Assembly (NCBI RefSeq): GCF_009914755.1 | Contig: NC_060927.1 | Length of the DNA: 64,000 nucleotides | Source: the human T2T-CHM13v2.0 reference genome, Homo sapiens | Reading direction: 5' to 3' (one strand) | Shown here: positions 44,070 to 60,080 of the stretch, in pieces | Position numbering within the stretch: the first letter of the stretch is position 1 | How the letters are laid out: each line of letters opens with the position of its first letter | The notes under the pieces: model-generated | Seen by the model: the letters and a program-made list of their open reading frames with translations, nothing else | What the model was told of the DNA's origin: nothing | The model's database searches: none | Made by a program: the position numbers and the translations under genes

Positions 44070-45628
44070 TGATGGTAGCTGCAGCCCATCTGGAGTGGCT
44101 GCTGTGAAGACACTGGCTGCAGTGGAGGAGGTGGTGCTAGGGCTGTGCACTCCAGGGACAAGAAGGCAGGAGTCAGAAATGGGTGGAAGCCACACCCTAT
44201 TCTGAGTTGAAGAGGTGGGATCCCTGCCATTCTTGGGGCAGCTGCGGCCACTCAGCCATGGCTGTGGACCTGGGCATGCCTGTGATCTCTGGGGCCTGAG
44301 AAGCCGCCTCCCCCACAGGACGGAAGATGCCTGCTCCTGCTTCCTGGCCTCTCCCAGCTCCCAGCGCCCACTCAGATTTCAGAGAAAAGTTGAGGCCGAG
44401 CCTGGGCACTGTTGCAAGCCCGCAATGTGTGCACATTATTCAGGAAGTGCTGACATACCAGCCCCTTGTCACCACAGCCTCCTCCAGATTTTGGGCACCA
44501 ATGAGCGTGAGAGGGAGGCTTAGTGCGGGGCTTAGGACAGCTCAGTGTGGGCCTGCAGGTGCCCCTTGGCACGAACAGCCTGGGTGCTGTGGGCACAGTG
44601 GATGGCACGTTGATGGCTGCAGGAGACAGTCTCCTGGGCAGAAAGGCGCCGGTCCTGGGGAAACCCCACCTTCAAGCCAGGGACAGCCTGAAGCCTGGGG
44701 GTCTGGCTGCAACTTCTGCAGACCGGACTGAGAACTTATGGTGCTTTTTTAAGGTCCACTCATGGCCACCCATGAACCAAACAGCATGTACTTCATTGCC
44801 TCTGAAGCTCATATAAATCTTGGCCTCAACCAGTCTCGGGCAGACAAGAGGACAGCCTGCCTGCGGATAGGAGCTACCCACTCCTGGTCTCCTTTCAGCT
44901 GATGGCTGCAGAAGATGGGATGACCTGCCTGCAAATAGGAGCTACCCACTTTGGGTCTCCTGAGAGCTGTACTGTCACTCAGTAAAGCACCTCTTTGCCT
45001 TGCTTATGCTCCAGTTGTCCGCGTACCTCATTCTTCCTAGATGTAGGATAAAGGCTTAGGACCTGACAAATGATGAGAATGAAAGAGCTGTAACAAAAAC
45101 AGGGCTTAAACATGCTTCTACCGTTGCTCACCACATTACGAGCCATGAGAAGGAAATAAGAGCTGTGGCCCTTTGGGGAGCATAGGCCTAGGGGCTGGGC
45201 CAGTGGTGTGACACCCTCTTTAGGACTCTGCAGTTTCTGGTGTCTCCAAGCTTCCAGGCACCACCGCATTTCTCTTGTCCAGATGTGGGTCCCCACAGCA
45301 GAAATCACTTGTGGTGCATCAGATCCAGCTGCAGGCTTCTGTGGAGCCAGTGCCTGGAGCTGCCTGCCCCACTGCAGCAGCTGGAGTGGTTGGCTCTACA
45401 CAGTGACCAGGACCTGCGCTTGCTTGCTCATGTACCCCTTGCCACTCTGTGACTGGCTTGCCTTTGGCAGGCATAGGATCTGGGCTAGGAGTGCAAGTGT
45501 GAGCGGAGTGCAGCCACCAGGCCAAGTCACTGGAACAAGCCCAGTGGGCCCAGGGACAACTCAGGGAAAGGTGCCCCTGGCCATAGAGGTTTCTTGCTGA
45601 AAAAGTGACTCCCAAGGATCCCCTGAGA
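44070..45628 (+). mobile_element. MER52A-type ERV1 solo LTR (~1.56 kb)
   Basis: Starts tgatggtagctgcagcccatctggagtggctgctg; ends aaagtgactcccaaggatcccctgaga; TSD caat at 44066-44069 and 45629-45632; GC-rich with CpG decay. Confidence 0.88.
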
Positions 45629-45685
45629 CAATGTTCATGTTTGTGTGATGGGTACACTAGAAGCCCAAACACCCCACTAAGCAAA

Positions 45686-46790
45686 GACCTAAATAAGTTG
45701 AGATGACAATTTTCCCAAATTTATATATAAATGTATTATAATTTCTGTTAAAATTCTAATTGGCATTTTTATACAAATTGACAAAGTGATTTTAAAATTT
45801 ATACAGAAATTTAAATAAACTAGAAGAGTTTACGTCATTTATTTTTGAAAGACAAAGCCAGAGAACTTACACTACCTGATTTTGAAGTGATTATACCGGT
45901 GCAGTAATCAAGAAAACGTGCTGTAGGTTAAAGTATAAAATACATAGATCAATGCAACGAGAGTTCACAAATAGCTTTACACATACATAGTTGCTGATTT
46001 TTTGACAATGTTTCCAAGGTATTCAATGGAGTAAAGAAAAATCATTTCAATAAATGGAGCTGGAAAATCTGTATATCCATATGGAAAAATTGAAACTCAA
46101 ATTGTATCTTCCTCCGTGTACAAAAATTAACATGAAATGCATCATAGACTTAAATATAAAGGCTAAAATTGTAAAACTACTAGATGAAAATGTAGGAGAA
46201 AATCTTTTGCTACAGAGAGTAGGCATAGATTTCTTAGACAGAACCCCTAAAACACCAAGAATAAAAATAAAAAGTTGATAAAAACAGCAAGAATAAAAAC
46301 AAAAAAATGAATAAATTAACTTTTTTTCTAAATTAAACGCTTTTGCTCTTCAAAATGCACTGTCAAGGAAATTTTATAAAAAGATAATCCACAGAGTGAG
46401 AGAAAATATTTGCAATTTATATACCTTATAAATGACTTATTTACTGAATCTATCTATCTAGGGTTCTTATAACTCAATACAAAGTACTAGTATAATTTTT
46501 AACTAAGAAAAACAATTATAGTGGATAAAATAGTTCAATAGATAATTCATGCAAGAAGATATATGGATGGCAAGTGAGCACATAAAATGGTGTTCAACAG
46601 CCTTTCTATTAGAAAATGAAAATTAAAATCACAAATATCACTACAAGAATGGTAAAATAAAAATGACTGATAATTGTTGACAAGAATGTAAAACCACTGG
46701 CATTTCCATACATTGTTTATGGATATATATAACTATAAAGTTGAAAATGGAAGTTTCTTAAGTTAAACACCCACTTTCATAAAACTTGTC
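45686..46790 (+). mobile_element. Old L1M ORF2 3' tract
   Basis: gacaaagtgattttaaaattta, acttacactacctgatttt, catttcaataaatggagctggaaaa, agacttaaatataaaggctaaaa. Confidence 0.75.
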
Positions 46791-47924
46791 ACTGTGCTAA
46801 GTCATATATGTCAAAACTAGAATTACGTTAATCATTAACAGTTGAAAATTAGTCATTCATTTGTAATATATGGGTATCATAATATCTTTCCTGTCATCTT
46901 ACATTGCTTTTGTAAAAATTAAACAGGATAATGTATATAAAAGTGTTTATGAAGTCTAAGATGCTGGAAAACGCAGTATTAATGTAATTTATTGCAAAGC
47001 ATACAGTATGGATAATAAAATGGATACTTGCTTGAGAAAGTATAATGATGTCTCAAAGTCTGGTTACAAACTGAAATATGCTCAAGGAAAAGTATTCATC
47101 AAGTGGCACTGCATTCGCAGATGAAAACAAATTGCTTATTTGAAGCAAATTATTATTATTTTCAGTATTTTTATGGTACTTTTCTCACTTACTGCTTCAT
47201 AATATTTGAAAATGAAGAGAAATGCTGCTATACTCCACATAACATAATCTTAAAACTTTTTAGCTTCTTTAACTTTTTGAACTCAATTTAAAATACCTTA
47301 GTTTATTCCTCATTAAGTACCTTTTCATCTCAGTCACTCTGCTCATCTGAATCTCTACACCACAACAATTGCTGATAGATCCAGGCTGTCACCTGGCAGA
47401 TTGGAAAAAGCACAGCTGTGATGGAGTAGAACAGAAACAGGAAGCTGAGCCCAGTAAACCAAGTTTCTGTGTTAGTTTCTTAGTCGATGAAGCACACTCT
47501 GCAGGCTTATTTATATGCATCTTAGTCTTTTCATTTTTAAGACAAAGTGATTGAACTAGGTGATCCCAGATGTACTTTTTAGTTCTTTCTTTAATTACCT
47601 ATTGTCTAGGATAAAAAATAAAGAGAAGAGTGTAAACGTTTCATTTTCACTTGTGTCTGATACTTGTTTTTTTGTCCTATGATTTATAAGCTTTAGTTTT
47701 AATCATTAATATGGATCTTTATTTTGAAATTTGACACACATGCAGAAATGTCATCATTTTAAGACAGTATGCATTTATTCTGTTAATGCTGAAATTTCTC
47801 ATTGATATTTTTATTGTTTTATTCATGTATAAGAACTTTCTTCATAGTCAGTATTTCTTGTATTTTTAAGAATTATATAGTATTAACTTATCTATTTATT
47901 AACAAAGCAAGATGTAATGGACTA

Positions 47925-48115
47925 CTGTATTCATTGAATCTAAGTCATTATTGTTTGTGTGATAAACCATTACATTTTTAGACCACTATGAAATTCAAAA
48001 CAAAACAAAACAAAACACTGCCAAATGTAGTGGCCATACCATTTATTGTAAGATATGTCACAGTTTCAGAGATGTTAAAAAATTAAAAGCATGTGCCTTA
48101 GAATCAAGAAAATAA
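47925..48115 (-). mobile_element. MER104-like TcMar (Tc2) MITE
   Basis: TIR-like ends ctgtattcattgaatctaag / cttagaatcaagaaaata; internal tttcagagatgttaaaa. Confidence 0.6.
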
Positions 48116-48926
48116 CTTTTTATTAAAACATACATCAATTTACTTTTTATTTGATAAAGTTGTAACAAAACCAGTCTAAATGTATGTTATTACTCTTCTT
48201 TTAACATTATCAGTATTTCACTCCCAGTCATGAAAACACTTGAAATGAGTTTTTAAATTAGGTCTCCAAAATGTCATTTTAAAAGAATCTTCTACAGTTT
48301 TTTTTTTTTTTAATGTACTCAAGGCGATTCCATAATATGTGTAATTTTTTAAGTGGTCTGACATATACTAAAGACTCTGTAGTGATGTCTTAACCAGTTA
48401 CTTCTACTTGTTCTACACAGTTCCATGTCCACATAAATGAGAAATAGATTTCTAACTGTTCTTTTCCTGAGAGGCAATGCCTAATATATAAGGTGTGAAA
48501 CTGCCTAAAAGATTTAATTCTTGTACAACTCCAATCAGGCCCAGAGACAAAAAAATTTAAAAGACATTCTGCTCATAACCCAATATTCCTTGAGATTTTT
48601 CACTCTTCAATTCTCTATAGACATATGCTTCTAAAATTGCCAACAGATCTCAAAACTCTTCTCTTTTATCTCAGCTAATCAATTCTCCTTTAAATTACTT
48701 TCTTTCCTACACATGGAGGCAACTTAAAAATACTTCTGCCTAAAATTCATTTATTTCCCATATCCCCTTAGCTAAATTGTACTCATGTTTTAATATTCTA
48801 CTTTATCCTGCCTGTGAAGCTTTTTAAAAAATTTCTAAAACTTTGTTTTTGCCTTCAATTTATGATTTATTCTTCAAATTACAACATTCATCAAAATATA
48901 TTACCATTATTGCTTCAAAGTAAAGA

Positions 48927-49379
48927 GTATTTGTTTTCTCTTATTACTGTAGCAAATTACCATGAAATCAATGGCTTTTGACAACACAACTGTACTGTCT
49001 AACAGTTATGGAGGTGAGAAGTCCAGAATGGGCCAGAAGGACTGTATTCATTCGAGAGCCTCTAGGAAATAATTATTTCCCCTGTCTTTTCCAGGTTCTG
49101 GAGGCTACCTACATTCCTTGACTCATGGCCATGCATAAATCTCACCTTTGTTTCTGCTGTTCCATCTCCTTCTTCAACTGACCTTTCTGCCTCCCTCTTA
49201 TAACGACTCTCATGGTTACATTGGGCCCACCCAGATCGTCAAGAATACCCTCCCCATCTCAAGATCAGTAACTCGAGCACATTGGAAAAGTCTTTTTATG
49301 CTATGTAAGGTAACATACTAGTAGATTGTGGGGATTAGAATGTGAACATCCTAGTGGGGCCACTATTCTACCTGTCACA
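48927..49379 (-). mobile_element. MLT1C/D MaLR LTR
   Basis: ctgtagcaaattacca, tctggaggctacctacattccttgactcatggcc, gttacattgggcccacccagat...ccatctcaagatc, ends ctattctacctgtcaca. Confidence 0.85.
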
Positions 49380-49414
49380 TTAACTTTCCCTATTGAACTT
49401 TGAGATTTAGAACG

Positions 49415-49785
49415 TCTTATGGCCTAAATTTTGTCCCCATAAAATATATGTGCTGAAGCTTTATCCCTAATGTGACCATATTCAGAAATAGGCCAATTGA
49501 AAAGGTAATTAAACTTAAACAGGATCATGAAAGTGGGGCCCTAATCTGGTAGGACTGTGTCGTTGTAACAAGTGGAAGAGACACTACAAGCATGTATACA
49601 TGGAAGAAAAACCACGTGAGGACACAGCCATCTACAAGCCAAGGAAAGAGGCTTTAAGAGAAATCAACTAGCTAACACCTTAATCTTGAACTTCCCGTCT
49701 CCATAATTGTGAAAAAATAAATTTATGTTCTTGAAGCCACCCAGTTCATGGTATGTTGTAATGGCAGACCTAGCTGACTAATAAA
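49415..49785 (+). mobile_element. MLT1A/B MaLR LTR
   Basis: ttatggcctaaattttgtcccc...gtggggccctaatc...ccacgtgaggacacag...aagccacccagt...gctgactaata. Confidence 0.82.
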
Positions 49786-50491
49786 ATATGTTTACTCATT
49801 TTTTTTAAATTTTAGCATTTAGCTTAGTGACTACGCTAAAATAATAGGCAACAGATATGAAATCTATAGAAACAAACATATTTGCAAAGAAGTATCTTTA
49901 AGAAAACTTAAAATGATTTTAGATTGGCACTGAACATTTAATCTAATGCTTAAGCTGGTCATTTATTTTAATTACTTATGGTGAAAACCTTTTCCTATTT
50001 AGGGTAAATATTTATTCAGATGCAAGGTTCTTACCATTCTGTATCCTTTACAGAATGACAGGTTAAGGGAAATATTCCCTCCTATGCTATCAATTCAGGA
50101 ATTTTGTGCATGTGGGTCTTGGGTCCTGGCTGTGCTCATTGCTGTAAGTGACTTCATGAGAGCTGGACCATAGAAATGAGTTGTTTTTCTGTGAAATGTT
50201 CTGACTACTAATTTTAACTGCTGTCACGGTCTCCGAAAAAAGTTATGCAAGCAGAGGCCGTGTTTAAATTTACCAAGGCTTCCTGGCATGGAGGACTTCA
50301 AGAGGGCCTGTTTCCCTTTCTTTCTTCCAGAATACAGTAAAAGGACTTTCAGGACAGTGGCACAGCCTCTCAGATAAGCGCAGGGTCTTCTTGCTTGGGG
50401 CTAACGTATTGGATTCAGCCTGTGTCCACCTGATAGAGCTGGGGAACTGGGAGAAGTTGAGAATGTGTCTGCCATCCCTCATCTAGATTTA

Positions 50492-50738
50492 TTTTCTCTT
50501 TTTGAGACGGAGTCTCGCTCTGTCACCCAGGCTGGAGTGCAGTGGCGCAATCTCGGCTCACCGCAAGCTCCGCGGGACTACAGGTGTTCGCCACCACGCC
50601 CGGCTAATTTTTTGTATTTTCAATAGAGACAGGGTCTCGCCCTGTTAGCCAGGATGGTCTCGATCTCCTGAACTCATGATCCACCCACCTTGCCTCCCAA
50701 AGTACTGGGATTGCAGGCGTGAGCCACCACACTCGGCC
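50492..50738 (-). mobile_element. AluY-like with ~45-nt internal deletion
   Basis: tttgagacggagtctcgctc...gcaagctccgc|gggactacagg...gttagccaggatggtctcgatctcc; near-TSD ca(t/c)ctagattt on both sides. Confidence 0.92.
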
Positions 50739-51800
50739 CCCCACCTAGATTTCTTTAACCTATTGTTGTCTCTGGATACCCAAGAGACCACCAACAATCA
50801 TAAACACAAAAAGAGAAAAACATTTCTAATCTCACATTTTCAAAATTGCTCCCATAAATCACAGATGATAATCTTTCTTCTTCATACCCTCTCCCCAGAT
50901 CAAATTGATATGCGGTATGCACACTCTCCCTCTCACCATTAACCATTCTGCTCTGTAAAACTTCTCTTCATGTTGTCTTTCTGACCTGCGACATAGTCTA
51001 CCTTCTGCACTGGGGCAGGGGTGGAGGGGCGGAATGAACATGAAATTTTTGTTTTAAGTAAGGATTCTTCAACCTGAAGATATGTTTGCTAAAACTCGCA
51101 TTCATAAATATTGAGGGAACTTGCATGAGTATAATGTGGGAGACACTTATGAGAATGGGAAAGGAAAAATTGAACTCATCATTCTCTTTCATTTGTTTCA
51201 AAACAAGTAAATATTTTAAGTGTTTGTGAAATGAATGAATGAATAAATTAACTTCTAATTATCATAAAATTTAGTTGAAAAATTTCTAAAATTATCTCCC
51301 TGAAGTATATGTAGAAATCAGCTGCAGAATGGAAGTTTGATAAAAACATCTAGAGATACTTGATAGAGTAGTACATTCCTGTTATCTTCACCTTCAACTT
51401 TTTGTCTCAGAATTTTGCTTCTTCCATTAGATGTTTTATTCCTATGCCCTGATCTCTCCAACTTGAATCTAATAAATATGAAGCAGCTTGCATTTTAGAA
51501 CACAACAAAATATTTTAAACTCTTTCAGAATAAAGTCAAGGAGAGGCAAGATGCTCCTTCTCATGTTCAAAGCACCAACATTCAGCCTTTTGAAATTACT
51601 TTATCTCTGTATTTCTTTACATTCAATTTGTCCAACATGCCTATAACTTATGATTTTGAAAAATAGGCTTACCTTTCATTTTCAATTTATTCTGAAATCT
51701 TAATTAATTGGATCATTATTTTATTTATTAATGGTTTGTAAATGTATACCCATAGCTTCCATGATTTCATTGCAATTCCATTCTTCACCATTTGATTCCT

Positions 51801-54582
<2,782 letters not shown>

Positions 54583-56249
54583 GTCCCACTAATTCTTACA
54601 TTTCAGGAACTTAACTAATATACCCTACTTCTGTGTTATTTATTTAGTAGGAAGTGCTTGTGTGAAAGATGTCATGTAAAAACTAAAGCAAGTATGAAAT
54701 ATGAAGATAGCAAAATATATTTATATAGTCAGCTGAAAGTTAACATAATTTATTTCTTGCTTATTAGAAATGGCAAACAAGGCCAACAAGCATATTTCTA
54801 CAAACTATGACATAAATTGTAACACTTAAAAAATAGCAGTGCATTCTTGTGTCATCTGTTAAATGCTGTGCATCAATACAATTTTGATCAATCAAAAAGA
54901 ATCACAGTAACTTTCCAACTAAGGTAACAACCATAAATAGTTTTACTAACACATGTTACTTCAATTTGAAATATTAAAAATAAATATATCTCTGCTTCAC
55001 AAGGTAACTTTTTACTTATTACACTGTGTGTTAAGCTACGTTTGCAGAGAATTTTCATATAGTTCCAAATTTTCAGCAAAGCACATATGGAGTAAATTCT
55101 AATTTTAAAACCTTATTTTAAACACAGAGGATCTATTTTTAGGGTTTCATTCAGCTTTTTAAATTATAATTCTTAAAATTTATAAGTTCTAAATGTTAGA
55201 AGCTGAACAAATTAAGCACAATATTGAAATAGATAAATCGATAGCTAAAGCATAAGGATACTTCAAACAGATCTATAAAATATGCACAATTTAAACATTA
55301 CTATTGAAAATAGAGTAGGATTAAGGTACTCTGAAACAGAACTCAATTTGGGAGACACATTAATCTCAGCTTGATTAAGAACGTCAAATGCTTCACCTTA
55401 CTTTGTCTTTTTTCTGCCTAAACGACTGTAACCATTTATCAGTAAAACATTTCCACTCAGAAATTGGTATTTTAAAAATAGTTCTGAGAGTCACAAGACA
55501 AATACAATGTTAGAAAATATTAACTCCTAGGATGGACTTAAAGGGCAAAGTTCCTGTCCTTTACAAAGAAAAAAACAAGGGTGAAAGCTAACAGGACACG
55601 AAGAGGTAAAGGCTTTCTTGCAATGACTGAAGTGACAATGAATAGCTGACTTCCTGTTCACTCACTTCAAAGAATAAACACTGTAGTCATACAAGTCAGT
55701 GCAAATTCATATGCCCAAAGTCAAAACATACCATAACACTGGATGACTTAAGGCAAATATGAAATGCTTTTCAAAAATACTTATGTAAATCATTTTTATG
55801 ATATCTTGAAAATAATAAACATTTAATAAGATGGTCAGTTTCCTCACATTTCACATTGTACAATTAGAATGCAGACCAAACCCCTAAGAAAGACTTCAGG
55901 TATTTTCATGCAATAAATTGTACAACTTTGTCATTATTTTCATAGTTTTAATATTCTATTTTAACCATTTTCAGCTATGTGATTTTTATGCAGTGAATTT
56001 GTGAGATCACTGCTTGCTAGTATAACTTTCTCTGACTTTCTCCACCTCTTTCTCTCCTTGTGTCTTCTCTCTTTTCTCTGTTTCTCTCTCTCTCTCTTTC
56101 CACATACATAGGTATATATACACACACATGCAGGGCTACTCAAATAAGTCAGTGTATTAATACGTTTCTATGTTGTATGACTCACCTAAACTCTGGATGG
56201 TTATTTCAAGCTTTAACTTCAGGCTCTGATTGTACTGAACTCTCTCTCT

Positions 56250-58480
56250 CGTGGTAAATAACCACTAAACTAAAAAATAAAAATAATAATAAAAAGAAAC
56301 AGTACAGATGGAATAAAAAATAAAAATTGTTAAAGTCTGCTAACCGTAAGAGAAAGGCAGAAACTATTCAAATACCAGACCATTAGAGGTCTTGTATGTG
56401 TGGAGGAGGGTCAGAGTCACTGAGAAAGCCTCAAATGTGAGACTCAGGGACAGAAGCTCAGCTTAATGTTGAGGCTGAAAGAGGATAACAGAGGATGCCA
56501 TCACTGAACCACACGCCCAGGCTAACAAGTAGCTATAACAAGTACATGACAGAAGTTTTATTGGGGTAAGGATAAGAGTTTAAAGATACTAGCTCTCTGA
56601 GGCACAGAGCCACTAGGATTATCTAAAGCTGGAAGAAAAAATAGAAACATTGAACAAAAACCTCTGGGAATCTAGCCTCACTATAAGCATGGGGCAGTCA
56701 AGGAATTTGAGGTCAGTAGAGTAATTATTACAGCACAAGCAAAAATAAAACACTAAGCCAGCTTGGTTCCTGATTATGTTTACAAAAGCCTCCATACTAA
56801 TGACTTGGCAAAAGAAGAAGCATGCCCATTTTGAGGCATAAACACTACTTAGCTCTCTCTTATTCATGTGATAAACAGCTTTCATCCAAAAAGTATGAAA
56901 CAAAGTAAGAAATGATAACATATGGGAGGCTGGGCGTGGTGGCTCACACCTGTGATCCCAGCACTTTGGGAGGCTGAGGTGGGTGGATCATGAGGTCAGG
57001 AGTTCGAGACCAGCCTGACCAACATTGTGAAACCCCGTCTCTACTAAAAATACAAAAATTAGCTGGGCGTGGTGGTACGTGCCTGTAGTCCCAGCTACCC
57101 GGGAGGCTGAGGCAGGAGAATCACTCAAACCCGGGAGGTGGAGGTTGTGTTAGCCAAGATCGCACCACTGCACTCCAGCCTGGGCAACAGAGCAAGACTC
57201 TGTCTCAAAATAGTAATAAAAATATTAATAACATATGGGACACAAGTGATGAGAAATCAACTAAAGCAGACTCAGATATGATCAAGATATTGGGGCTTTC
57301 ATACAGGGAATTTAAAATACTATGACTAATACATCAAAGTCTATAGTGAAAAAGATAACCAATGTGTAAAAAAAGATAGGAAATATCAAAAAGTAATGGA
57401 AACTATAAGTAGTGATAAAAATTACATGCTGGAAAAAAATTATGTGCTATAAAATTTTTAAATGCAATGGTATAGAAATGTAGAATGCTTTCAATGGGAT
57501 TGTTAGTAGACTTGACACTCAATCTCAGGTGAACTTAAAGATTTAGAAATAGTATGCAAACTGAACACAAAGAGGGAAAAATGTGAAAATAAAACACAAA
57601 GAAAAGAGTACACAAGAACTTCAGGAAAACACCAAGGAGTGTAACGTACATGTAGTTAGAATATTGAGATGAAAGCAACAGAGCAGGGAAGAAAAAGTAT
57701 CTGAAAAGATATTGGTCAAGAATTTTCCCCATAAGGAAGGTGTTAGGCAACAGGTCTACGAAGCTGAGAGCACATAATTAACATTAAATATAAACCAAGA
57801 AACAATCACAACTTACAGATACATGCTACATGGAATTTGCTGAAGTCCAGTGATAAAGAGGAACTCTCTAAGAATAACAGAGAAAAAAAGGACAGAATTC
57901 ATCACACAGAGGAATACAGATAAAATTAATAGTAGATTTTGTGTCAGAAGCCATGCAAGCAAGAATAAAATGGAATAACATCATTATTTAAGTGCTGGAT
58001 AAAAAGGACAAACTAGAATTCAATTCAGAGAAAAAATGTATATTTCAAAAATAAACAGGCTATTTCTCTGATAAATAAAAATTGAGAGATGTTATTTACA
58101 AAAGACATTCTCTAAAAAAAAGCTCATTAGGTAGAATACTAGATACTGGACAAAAACTAAATCTATAAAATATATGAAGAACACTGAAATGGTTTAATTC
58201 ATAAGTATAAATCATTTCTATGCTTAATTGTTCTCAAGATAATCATCTTTCTAAAACACAATAGAATTAATTATGGGTTTGTAGCATATAAAAATACAAT
58301 ATGCTAGATAATTAACACAAAATATAGAAGGTAAGAATTGGGAGTATAATATTGGGTGACACATATTACTTAAAGGTAGATTGTGATTAATTAATGATGA
58401 TTTTCATAAACTCTAGGATGGCAACTGAAATAAAAGAAGAATAAAAATCAAGTAATAGAGGATGAAAAATGAATATTTTT
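56250..58480 (+). mobile_element. Old L1M 5'UTR/ORF1 tract
   Basis: cagggaatttaaaatactatgactaata, agaatgctttcaatgggattgttagtagacttgacac, agattttgtgtcagaagccatgcaagcaagaataaaatggaata. Confidence 0.7.
56928..57227 (+). mobile_element. AluSg/Sx-type full-length
   Basis: Complete dimer; TSD ataacatatggga at 56915-56927 and 57228-57240. Confidence 0.95.
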
Positions 58481-59776
58481 ATATGTCATTGCCAATACAG
58501 AACTGGAGTGTGTGTATGTAATGTTAAGAAATTTTTTCTCTTGGTTCGAGAAGAAATGCATAGACAGTTTAGATAATCAGTACTTTTGCAATAAATCAGA
58601 TCTCTGAAGAGAAGGATAGAAAACACATAGGGTAGAAGTTCAAGTACTTAGTGTTTAGTCTACTTTTTGTGTGTGTTTGTATGTGTAGATTATGGAAGTA
58701 AGAAAAAAAAACTAAAGAAAGAAAGAGGATACAGAAACATCGGGTTTTACACAACTGTTATAGGCAAGGAAAGAACATTTGAGACAGAAAGTATTCCTTT
58801 TTGTGATGTAAATATAATTTACACAAATAATTTTCTATTGGGACTATGAGTAGGTTATATATATGGTGGAAACTCTATGTTAGCATTATAAATGAGGATG
58901 AGAATTAGCTCATCGACTGACCGTGGATTAAACCAATTTTTCTAGATAAAATGGTGATGGAAGTTAGAGTCATATGAAACAGCTGTGTTTGCATCGAGAA
59001 TACATCAAATAATTTATATGTTGACCTTAGATATCACTCTTATTCCTGACCCACTCAGGTCATCATACCTCTTAAATAGTAATTAAAATTTATTGAAAAT
59101 GTCATTTTTTTCTTTTGTCTTTTTATTTGAACCTGAATGTCTCTAAGTCTCTGGCTGGGATGCATGCATCAGACTTTTACATGGCTTATATTAGTTTATA
59201 TACCATGTCTTCTGTACACCGTTTTGGCCTGTTCTATCAGTTACCTCTAATTTGGACGAAAGGGTTCAAGGGAAGAAACAATATGAGAGGAGGCCTATTC
59301 TAGGATATTAACTGACAAATAATGGGAATTCAAAAAAATGTAAGAAAGACAAAATGGAGCAGGAATAACAGCTGAAGAAATAATATATTTGGGATACTTA
59401 TATTTTTAATGAAACATTCATATGTTGATTTATGTAATTTGAAAGTTTTTTTCCAATAAACAGCAAATGAAAAGAAAACAATGAAAGTTTTCTAATCCAA
59501 ATAAAGATCTCTGCTTGAAAATTAAAAATTCACATTCTAACCCTATTAATAAGAAGAGATTCATAAGTAAGTTGCACGTACACACGCAGAGGAAATATTC
59601 AAATAACACAGATGGAAGGAATCCAATAGCCATTCAAGGGGAGAAAAACATAAATAAATCTATAAACAAACAAAATATGCTACAGCTTTAAAATTTTCCT
59701 CTCTAACATTAAACTTTAGAAGACTACTGAGCAAGACCACCAAATTCCAAATAAGTGTTTACCATTTAAGAATTGT

Positions 59777-60080
<304 letters not shown>

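Noticed and set aside
43948-45684. Cluster of overlapping ORFs on both strands, and a possible CpG island
   Set aside because: Explained by the GC-rich MER52A LTR; CpGs are largely decayed to TG/CA.
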